Below, piece by piece: positions 38,127-52,378 of a stretch of DNA of 64,000 nt. Source of the stretch: Paraspadella gotoi (Eukaryota; Animalia; Chaetognatha); assembly GCA_051294375.1 (NCBI GenBank), contig CM119265.1, positions 10,930,379-10,994,378 of the forward strand, in the 5' to 3' direction. The translations under genes were made by a program, and so were the position numbers. The notes beneath the pieces were generated by a model that was not told the origin of the DNA, ran no database searches, and saw only the letters and a program-made list of their open reading frames with translations. How positions within the stretch are numbered: position 1 is the first letter of the stretch; every line of letters starts with the position of its first letter.

Positions 38127-41100
38127 CCAAATCGTTTTCGGACGAATCAGCAGAAAGAAATCAAAAGGCAGCAGCAGAAACAGCAGGAGAAAAGAGAAAA
38201 AAGAATAAGCCCCTGCAGAGACTCGTTTTTTCCCTATGAATCAGTGACGAGGGAAAAGAGAGAGGGAGAGAGACATGTGGTCTTTTCATACAATTGAAAC
38301 ATTCTTTGAAATATTTTCCTCTTCATTGATAGGGAAGCCAGGGACTCTGGGAGTGAATAAACGGGACTGTGAGATTCTTGATTGAAAGCTTGCAGGGACC
38401 TGCTATGTCATTATCTTGTTAGAGTGATGGAGGCCTTAAACCACCAAAGCCTGTCCAAAGTCAGGGGCAAGATAGCTTATTTATTAAATGAATGGATAAT
38501 TTTTATATTGGTTGTACCAATTTCATGTAATTAAAAGAGAAAAGAGAGAGAGAAAGAAATATAAAAATAAAATAGAGAAAATTTGTTTGTTTTGATAAAA
38601 CGTAAACAAAACATATTTAATAACTGTTCAGACTCAATTTTAAGCACATCGATGATGAGAAGCTGTATATAAATCTTCAGCTTTATACACCCAAATTTAA
38701 TCATAAAAAAGGCGATCTATAATTTGGAACGCCGACGTGTAATAGTAATTGATTGATTGATGTAATAGTAATTGATTGATTAATGTAATAGAAATTGATT
38801 GATGTAATATAAATTGATAGATGTAATAATAATTAATTGATTGATGTATTAGTAATTGATTGATTGTTGTAATAGTAATTGATTAATTGATGTAATAATA
38901 ATTGATTGATTGATATAATAGTAATTGATTATTGATGCGATGATAACCAAATATTGATGCGATGATAACCAAAGGATTGATGCGATGATAACCAAATGAT
39001 GGATGCGATGATAGTCATTCATTGATGCGATGATAATCATGGACGCGATAATAGTCATTCATTGTAAATAAAAATAAACAAATTTGTGTATGAGTGAGAC
39101 AGAGAGATAGAGAGATGCTGGACAGTCGCTGCAGAGCGAACTCGTTTTTAGACGAATCAAAAGCAGCTGCGACATAAAGAGAGAGAGCGACATATAATTA
39201 AAAGAGAGAAACTGGACAGTCGCTGCAGCGCTGAACTCGTCTATATACAGAAGGCTTCATATTATAAAATGTAGTACCTCTTTTTTGTGACCAGAATCTG
39301 TTCCCACCAAACTACCCAATCGAATTTAATGAAATTTTACATTTAGAATGCTAATGACTATATAAATGGAACTATCGAGGCGAATTTTGATATTCAACCC
39401 CTGACAGGAGATACAGGGCCCTGGGGCTGGACCCCTGGGGGGCCAAAAAATGCTAAAAATTTTTTTTTCCCCAAAATTTTTTTAGTAGCATCAGGTGCAT
39501 TGACGTTTTAAACATAAGAAAAAAAACATTTTAGAACTAAAATTGATAAGTTTGCAATAATTAAGCATGGTTGAAGATGCATGGTTCATCGTTTTACTTC
39601 TAATTTTCCCAAATTATTCCAAATCTGACTTTAATTGCTGATGTTCATGAAGCTAAAAATTAAGGTAAATGAATAATTTTGAGGTAATAAATACGTTTTT
39701 GTGGAATAGTAAACGTCTGTGCAACTGTTTAAAACAAAAATAATAAAAATTTTTTAAAAAATTTTTTGACCATTTGTGGCCCTCAGGGGCTGCCCCCTCA
39801 GGGCCCCTTATCTCAGCTTAAGGGTGGAATGTAAAAAATCGCCTCGATAGTTCCATTTGTATCACTACTGGTACTCCGCATACAAAATTTCATTAAATTC
39901 TATTCAGTAGTTTTCTCAGAACGTGTTCTGGTCACAAAAAAGGGGTACTGTGGCGGTATATTCACACCGCCTCATGTCCACCATCCTTCAGCCAAATCCA
40001 TTGGCTCAGAGGGGGAACACACCATCCCGGGCGTAGTGTTCCATCCACAGTCCTAACGACTTCCCTCTGCGTTGGCAAAGCGAGACCGTCCTAGGGTAAC
40101 CGCGCCAGTGACTGGAGGCGTCACTGAGGGTCGGAAGCCCCCAAAGCCAACAGTGAGATGCCCCATCCCAATGGGCATCACAGGCAACCCGGCTGTTGCC
40201 ATAGTACCACATTTTATAATATGAAGCCTTCTGTATATAAAAATTGTTTTGTAAATAAAACAAACAGTGTAGGAATATGAAACATAACAATTTAAAAGAC
40301 CTTAATGATGAGAAGCCATATCTAAATTTTCAGCTTCCTATGGTTACACACTTGAGCTATTTTCAATGTTAAAACAGCGTGAAGGTCAAAAGAAGCTGAA
40401 ACGAATTAACATTTCTCCCAAGTCGGGCATTCGCCCGTCTGGCGAGATAAAAAAACAACTTTCGACTCGCGCCAAAATCTCGTCAAAGTTTTGCCACTCA
40501 CCGGTGGACGTGTCAAATATCCTGATGAGAGTGCCCTTTTCCGAGGCCGTAGCGATCTGGGATCCCTGAGGGTTAAGGGCTAACGAGGCCAGGTTCGCCT
40601 CATGGGCCGAGATGGCCACTGGAGGCCTCTCGGTCGAGGCCAGATCGACGATCAGCACTTGACCTACTTTGCGACCTTTAAACAAAATGTTACTATCAGA
40701 AATTGTACTTGATTACGTCTAGTATGTTTTTTAGTCAGTTTTCAAAAATATAGTACTTAATTTTCTTTTGTTTTTCATTATCACAGAAACTAAAAATTAA
40801 AAACGAATTTCCAATACGAAAACCTGGAAAGGCGAGAAGAGAAGTGTTGCTGTTGGGGCAGAGGACGCAAAGACCCTTGGGGTTGTGGGCCGCGCTCTCG
40901 AACACGTGCAGTTGCTGCGGGGTTTGAATGAAGGTGTAGACCTGCGCCAAGAAAAAAAGGCAATGGGAGAAGCGGAGAAAGTGACAGGATTTCGGCAAAT
41001 ATTTGAACAACAAAACCTTTTTAAGCGAACAAGTGAAAAAATCAATCGTACTTTAATGAGCGAATCCAAGATGACGACGATTCTGTCGCGACGAAGCCTG

Positions 41101-43922
41101 ACTCCGCGGACGTCGCAAGAAAAGTCGAGATCGATCACCTTAAGTTATAAGACACAAAGTTGATCGAAAAATGAAACAAATTCTTTTATCGACGGGACGG
41201 GAGGGAAAAATGTCTCACCGGTCGCTTCTTGAGGTCGTCCCAAATCATCACCTTCGACGAGGGAAACTTGGGGCTCTTTCCTCCGCCGACGAGGGCGAGG
41301 TAGTTGCAGCGAAACAGCATCTCCACGTTTCCTGCGCGAAACCGAAAAAGGAAAGAAAATTCAGCCATCGCGACCAATGGTTTGTTAAAAAGGCCCAAAA
41401 TGCCAAGGGTCTTTTCAAAAAACCGGCTTAAGGCCAGGGTATTTTTAAAAATTGGGCCTTTTCGAAATGCGCAATAAGTTAAATATAATTAAAGGCTATC
41501 TAAAATTTTGAAAAAATAGACATGGTTTCTCAAAATAATATTTTTTTCACATAATTAGTCCACGAAGAACATTTAATTTTTTTTTTGGGGGGGGGTACTT
41601 TTACTTTCGCCGACCTGGGTTAGGGCGGGGTTAGAGATAAGGGGTAAACTTAAGCCAAATTTTTTTCTTAAATAGGTAAGACAATTTTTTGGTTTACCGA
41701 GTAATTTTTAATTGAGGAAAGGAGCTTTAAAACTAAGAGATAACTGACAAACTTATGATCTAATTTGCTAAGATTTAAAAGGGAAATATTATTTTTAATA
41801 ATTTAAAACCAAATAATATTAAATTAAATTTAAAATTAAAAAAATAACAAAATAGGATATTTTTCGGTATTAATTTTTAAACAAAATCTTTATCAAATAT
41901 AAAACTTTAATTTTCTCAACATTGAAATTCAATTAGTTTTAGCCCAAATATTTTTAGAATAATTTTAATAAAAGGCAAAATAATTTTGTAAAAAAAATTA
42001 ATAATTAAAAATATTTATTGAGATTTAACCAAATTTGGTGACAGGGGTTGGAGTCCATTATATACTAGGTATATAATATATAGTTGTTTTTAATTAAGAT
42101 AAACATTTTTCAGAATGTTCAAAAATGTCATTTTAAATTTTAAGTTAAAATCTTTGTTAATAATGAAAAAATAGAAGGAAAACTTTTTTGGATTTTTTTA
42201 TTTGAAAATCTATTTAGAGAGAAAAAAAAATTTAACAATGTTTTTATTATGATTAAACATACATGTTTCGACTTAATTTGCAAGTCTTTATCAGTGCTTA
42301 TTTAGTTTTGATAGTACATATTTTTTTGTTTCACAAGTAAACAGTGAGAGGGATGGAGGGAAAAAGAGAGAGAAATAAATGTTTCCAACAAAGAGTTAAA
42401 AAAATGACAGTGGTCAGTTTTGAGGACAGGGTAAGTTTGAGCAGAGAGAAAGAAGATGTATAAGATGTATAATGTATTGATCTAATTGTTGACCTCTGCA
42501 TCTCTCTCTCTCTCTGCCAAATTTTAATTTCTTTTCCTCACCACCTTCTCTCTCTCTGCTCAAACTTACCCTGTCCTCAAAACTGACCACTGTCCTTTTT
42601 TGATTTTTTTGTTAGAAACTTTTATTTCTCTCTCTCTCTCTCTCTCTCTTTCCCTCCATCCTTCTCACTGTTTACTTGTGAAACAAAAAATTATGTATTA
42701 TCAAAAATAAATAAGCACTGATGAAGATTTGCAAATTAAGTCGAAATCATAATAATAATTTAATCATAATAAAAGTCGTTGTTGTTCAAGAAATTCTTTT
42801 TCTCTCTAAATCTTAAAAACACAACGAAAGAAAGAAAACACAATATTTGAAAATTATATCCATAGGATATTTACTTTCTATATTGAGCTCGAATTTTTTA
42901 ATATAATCAGCTTGGGAGGTATTGAGTAATCCATATCATATTCTGCAAAGAATTCTAGTAAGCTTTGCCATTCTTTATAAGATACAAAATAATTTTGGGC
43001 GACTTGAGTCTTGGGTACATTGTTACATCATCTTTGATCGAGGTTTTAATCTTGTCAATCATATCATTGCAAATCTCTTTAAATGTATGCATCCTCATTG
43101 TTATTACTAATTTCTTTATTATCTGTTAATTAATGAATTAATTTATTAATATCAATGAATTAATGTCTTCCTTAATAATTTTATTGGTTCTGGTTCTGGT
43201 AGTAGCCAAGTAGATTACAGACTTAATGCCATGCTACTATTGATAATCATGTTTCATACCATCTGGGAAAGTATTTTTGGGCTTAAAATATAGTAATAAC
43301 AAATTGAAAATATAGTTGATAACAAAATTAAAACAAAAAGAAAATATATTGTTTTATTTACTTTAAAAATAAATATAAGCAAAATATTTTGATTCCAAAA
43401 TTGCCTATCTTAATTAAGAAAAATCATTTCTTTACCTAGGCAATTTCAGAAACACTTTGCTCAGTTAATCAGGCAAAATATTACCCAAGTTCACCCTTTA
43501 GTTAGGGAGGGGTTAGGGTTAAAGGTGGTTTAAAAGGGGGTTAGGGGTGGTTAGGGTTAAGAGGGTTTAGGGTTAGGGTAATTAGGTAATATTTAAAAAA
43601 AAATTTTTTAAATAAGTATTTTAAGTATTTTTTCAAAAGCCCCTAAAACCACGGTCGGCGATAGTAAAATTTACCCTTTTTTTTAGACTCCGAAAAAATT
43701 GTTAAAAAGGTCCGGATCTTTTTAAATGGGAAAATAACTCGTCTTAGACCCACCGATTCCGCCAGGTTCGGGAAAGTCGTGTCTCTCTTTTTCCTTGAGC
43801 GGATCGGAATTATAGACGCGGAAGCCGTTGGTCATCCCACAGGCGAAGCAGCCCTGGTCCTGATTGAACCCGGCGTAGAGAAGCCCGTTGCCGAGCTCGT
43901 CGGTGGATGCTGCCACGTTCAT
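22802..43922 (-). CDS. WDR45B: WD repeat phosphoinositide-interacting protein 3 (WIPI3); exons 43922-43754, 41331-41219, 41138-41052, 40941-40824, 40675-40502, 23333-23240, 23161-23038, 22978-22802
   Basis: Motifs [83 protein letters not shown] and DGSYYKF...[13 protein letters not shown]. All splice phases are consistent. Confidence 0.95.
24864..24905 (-). ncRNA. Minimal type I hammerhead ribozyme (Penelope-like-element type)
   Basis: GGCG-CUGAAGA-A-GACUC(GUAUGU)GAGUC-GAAA-CAU-GUC^-CGUU. Palindromic ACAUGU stem III; stem I GGCG/CGUU. Confidence 0.75.
26222..27220 (-). mobile_element. Helentron-associated (HINE/DINE-1-like) element containing an 18-bp tandem array (26340-26960)
   Basis: Terminus AACAAGTTTGAGCAAACAATGTCGGATCTGCC is shared with 53085. 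The array has more than 30 units of GGCATAATTTGGTCAACT variants, followed by the same core as 53340-53440. Confidence 0.7.
27843..28152 (-). mobile_element. Solo LTR family B with tRNA-Met-like core
   Basis: Minus strand TATGTT...TGTCA. TSD ATTA at 27839-27842 and 28153-28156. Internal A-box-like TTGCTCATTGAGTAAAGC, CT-CAT-GA loop and B box GGTTCAATCTC (28012-28083). Confidence 0.75.
28412..28791 (+). mobile_element. Putative solo LTR (TGTA...TACA)
   Basis: Terminal TGTA/TACA; flanks TAGT/TTGT (3/4 match); internal TATAAA and AATAAA; GC-richer than the flanks. Confidence 0.45.
29281..29434. mobile_element. Short degenerate TIR element with TTAGGG-like repeats
   Basis: Ends resemble those of 41593-43676 (TTTTACTTTCGC...GAAAGTTTTTACCC) around GGGTTA-type repeats. 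Confidence 0.45.
31466..31472 (+). promoter_or_regulatory. Candidate TATA box of the nested His-rich gene
   Basis: CC-TATAAAA-CCCC in a GC-richer context ~110 bp upstream of ATG 31579. Confidence 0.5.
31579..36975 (+). CDS. Secreted His-rich, Arg/Ser/Lys-rich protein with C-terminal chitin-binding type-2 (CBM14) domain, ~1,410-1,440 aa; exons 31579-31708, 31811-32263, 32328-32387, 32448-32516, 32793-33030 (or 32936), 33128 (or 33121)-33538, 33706-33791, 33853-36543, 36691-36776, 36883-36975
   Basis: Signal peptide [20 protein letters not shown]; four His-rich exons; 896-aa ORF; six-Cys end [52 protein letters not shown]. Splice phases are consistent except for the ambiguous exon 5/6 junction. 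AATAAA at ~37138. Confidence 0.85.
32581..32776 (+). mobile_element. Family R repeat copy in intron 4 of the His-rich gene
   Basis: Truncated copy ending TTGGTTGTACCAATTTCAT, 16 nt upstream of exon 5. Confidence 0.8.
37565..39245. repeat. Composite interspersed repeat (HINE-like family H2) with 18-bp AGAATAGAAAGGAAAGAA array, (GA)n and minisatellites
   Basis: Shares AAAATCTTAAAAGCATAAGGATCGTCGCAAT and later blocks with 53045-56600. Confidence 0.65.
38277..38526 (+). mobile_element. Family R repeat copy
   Basis: Same fixed end. Confidence 0.8.
39248..40233. mobile_element. TA-target foldback MITE (TIR CAGAAGGCTTCATATTATAAAA...)
   Basis: Long imperfect TIRs and TA flanks. Empty site CTGAACTCATCTATATATATAAAAATTGTTTTG at ~327-360. 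Further copies at 47944-48672 and 60411-60715. Confidence 0.85.
39949..40203 (-). mobile_element. Solo LTR-like family D, GC-rich multi-hairpin cassette nested in the MITE TIR
   Basis: Minus strand TATGGCAAC...CCGCCACA. TSD GTAC at 39945-39948 and 40204-40207. The uninterrupted site GGGTACCACAT is present in the MITE copy at ~60682. Confidence 0.75.
42254..42300 (-). ncRNA. Minimal type I hammerhead ribozyme with G8A core change
   Basis: UAAGCA-CUGAUAA-A-GACUU(GCAAAUU)AAGUC-GAAA-CAU-GUA^-UGUUUA; 6-bp stem I. Confidence 0.65.
42712..42746 (+). ncRNA. Hammerhead ribozyme remnant lacking stem III and cleavage site
   Basis: UAAGCA-CUGAUGA-A-GAUUU(GCAAAUU)AAGUC-GAAA then a deletion relative to the inverted copy at 42254. 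Confidence 0.55.
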
Positions 43923-44623
43923 CGCGCCCAAGGGTTGGAATAAAAGAAATTGTAAAGAGCGAATGCGCGTCAATAAGGAGACGTCGCTTTTTGGTTTTTT
44001 TATATGTATTTATTATAGCATTCAGCTTCTTGAGGTCTCAAGTTTTCTTTTTGTCTTTTTTTAATTTTTTTTAATAAAAACGCATTAAACTCAGCGTCTT
44101 CGTCGTGGTCGAAGGCCTCGATTTTCCAGTAGTGAAGCAACAAAAAAAATTCATCTACGAAGCGAAAAAAAATAATGATTTAATTATAAATATTTTGACC
44201 GAAGGTAAAACTGTGATACCCAATAGGAAAGAGAAACATTGAAAGCATAAGCCACTTAAAAAGCAAAGGAGGAAACGAATTCACACGAATTCAATTAATC
44301 ACTTGAACAAAGTTTTTAAAAAATGTCATTTGAAAAATCGACAAAAAAATTTCGACTTTCTAACATCAAAAATACTGATGCGATAAAAGGAAAATGGAAG
44401 CAAATCTGACCCTGCAAACTTCACAAGATCACTAGCTTATTATTGAGATACAATAAACGCCTACAGATGGTTCCAAAAATATTTCCTACATGGTAATACT
44501 ACAAAATTGGGTATAATTTCATTAGATTACTAATGATTAAAGGACAAGCGAAAAGTGTAAAGCTTTGTTCCAGAGTTCGATTCTGACAAAAGGTCAAGAC
44601 AGAGTAAAAAGACAAAAGCGCAA

Positions 44624-49693
<5,070 letters not shown>

Positions 49694-50781
49694 CCTTTTT
49701 TTTCTTCTCGTTCGGCTGGGGGATGAGGATGAGAAACTTGGCCAAATGTTGGCCTCGGAGAAGGGGGGGTGGGTGTCGCGATATGGTTGACTATAACTGA
49801 TCGGTTTAACTTTTTTAACGAGCTGGAGAAGCTGTTTACCAACACGTTGGAAGTGTATCTGTTCTTAACGTCTTCATTTTCAAGAATTTAAAAACTAATC
49901 GTATCTCAATGAACGAAATTCAAAATTCATCTCTTTTTGTGACATTTTAACATTAGGAGAGCTAAAAATTTCGTCACGTATGCCTGAAACACTATAAATA
50001 CCAATAGGAATTACGAAGTGCTAGGCAATTATCGAATCGTAAGGTCAACACCTGGATTCGGTAAAATTTTAATATTAACAAATACTTACGATCAAAACCA
50101 AGAAGGCACAATAACAAACACTTGTAAATAGGGACGAAATAAGATACGCATTGACTAAATAGTATAGTAGCTTTGGTGAATGAAAATATGAGGTGAATTA
50201 TCACATTAGGCTTGGGCCGCTTAAGGCGCATAGAAAATGTATATAAAAATAAATATAAATATTTTGACTCTAGAGAAGGTTCAGAAAAAAATGTCACTTG
50301 TTATTCTAATTTAAAATTTTTAAAGCGAAATGTTTTAGATAAAAAATCTGTGAGAAATTATAAAATTAATCTAAAAATTAAAGAATAATGATAATTATTT
50401 GTGATATTGGACAATGGAAGAACACTTGTGGTTCAATCACTAAATACGCCTGGACTATAAATATGACTATTGACTAGTGTGCAAATGATTGGTGCGAAAA
50501 TGAAAGGAAGGCATGGTAAGTCGCATTCGATAACATCATAAACCGACATAATTTCCCGTGAGAGTAAGACGGCGTAAAGTCGGCGTGAATATATTTTTTT
50601 TTTGGCAAGGGTTTTTTGTTTACGAGTTTTTAATTTTGGACGGAATTAAGTTTTTTTTCACTGGTTTGTCCCGAAACCTTTTGAATATTCGAATTTTTCG
50701 AATATAATGTTTCTCAGTAAATTTGAGAATTTCGCGAGGTTTTTTTCCCCGCGTCCTCCCTCCATCTGATCCCCGCTTGGG

Positions 50782-51603
50782 TCACTCGTAAGATTCGGGG
50801 ATTTCTCGATCGTCGACGACGAGAGTGTGAATGATTCCCTCTCGTCGATTTCCGCTGCTCACCGCCTGAATGTAAGCTGCGTGTGATCCCACGCCGAAAT
50901 GAGTCTCCGTGCCAGAGTCTGAACCGGGCAGAAAAATAAATACATGTACTATGTAATATGTATAGTATTGTATACTAAACAATTAATATGTATTTAAACG
51001 GTCACGGTAAAAAAACTGACCTGTGAACTCGCCGGCCGTTTCCACCCTTTCGCCGTTGACCCAAACGTCCAAAGTGTCCTTCTCCATTGCGACGCGAAAC
51101 TGGACTCCTTCGAGGGTCACGTGCCACGCTTTCATCGCTTTGCTCTGAAAAAATTAACAAAACGGGATCATCACGGGATCGTCACGTTTTTCTAATTCAA
51201 GAAGAAGAACGAACCTGCGTCTCGACGAACTTTTTAAGAGTCTTGTCGTTGACGATCAACGAGTATCCGTAGGTGAAACCGCTAACGCTCTCGATGAGGA
51301 TCTTGCCCTTGGCGTTGCTCGTCCCGAAGTGGAAAGTCTCTTCACCCACGAGTTTAAACATCCAATTTTTGCGAAGAACCTTCGAAGAAGGAAAGGTGGG
51401 GGGGGGGCGAAGTGAGGCGAGAGGTTTGACTAGTAAACGGAGAGGTTAACTGGAGCCCGACAACACAATCGACCAACCTCGATGCCGTCGACGTGAATGA
51501 CCCTTTTGCCCGTCGTCGTCCCGTGTTCGAACTGAATCACGTGAATTCCGTCGGGCAGCGCCACTTCCCATGTCCCCACCAGATCGTCGGGGTTCAGATT
51601 CAT
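50782..51603 (-). CDS. FAIM: Fas apoptotic inhibitory molecule; exons 51603-51478, 51379-51215, 51144-51021, 50918-50782
   Basis: DLVGTWEVALPDGIHVIQFEHGTTTGKRVIHVDG, WMFKLVGEETF, EKDTLDVWVNG, GTETHF and AVSSGNRREGIIHTLVVDDREIPE. Confidence 0.95.
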
Positions 51604-52378
51604 TCTTTATTATTATTACTATTATTTCTCGATATTATTTTTAAGTTTTTTTCTCCCTTTTTCCTCAATCAGTTTTTTGACATGCTCGCTTTAAGTTTCA
51701 GTCGGAAGAGTCATGTTTTTTAGGTTACCCTCACCTTATGCAATATGCATTCCTACAAAAAAGGCACGATATCGATAAACTGAATTTCAAACAAGGAAGA
51801 CCTGGGAGAAGAAAGTTCACCCAGTGTAACCTTAAGTTAACAAAGTAAAACGTTTGAAAAAGTTATGAAAAAAAATATTCTTAGTAATTATTTTTCCTTT
51901 TGACATAGAAATTAATTAGTACTATTTATAAAGACAATACCAAAAAAAATTTTTTAAATCTATACCGGACTCGCGTTATATTCGAAATAAATACTGGACA
52001 AATGAGAATCATTTCCTTATATTCTCAATTAATAATTTTCCAATAAATTTAACAAACAACATTGAAAACGCCAAAGAAGGCGAGAAAAAAATTCATCAGA
52101 GAGCCATAAATAAACATTGAGAAGCAAATCCCATGAAAGAATGAACAAATAAACGAGGAAGGAAGGTCACTTGAAAAAACTTGGGAGAAAAAGAGGGAAT
52201 GAAGACAATTCACAAAATTGTGGAAGCATCTTGGCAGGACAAAAAGACTTGCTTGTCACGCTGACTGCATTTTTTTTACAACAACGACACTGCTGTTAGA
52301 TATTTAGTACGAAGTTACTGCTAATCTACTCTTTGGGCGTAAAAGAAAGGCCCACAGAACCTTTTCTTCGCGTCATAT

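Larger units (their letters stand above)
41593..43676. mobile_element. ~2.1-kb TIR element with TTAGGG-like subterminal repeats in WDR45B intron 1
   Basis: GGGTACTTTTACTTTCGCCGACC pairs with GGTCGGCGATAGTAAAATTTACCC. GGGTTA repeats at 41617-41650 and 43500-43585. Confidence 0.6.

Noticed and set aside
37667-38297. Phe/Leu/Ser-rich and RE-repeat ORFs (also 10301-10576, 18221-18483, 53950-54282)
   Set aside because: Translations of purine-rich satellites and (GA)n.
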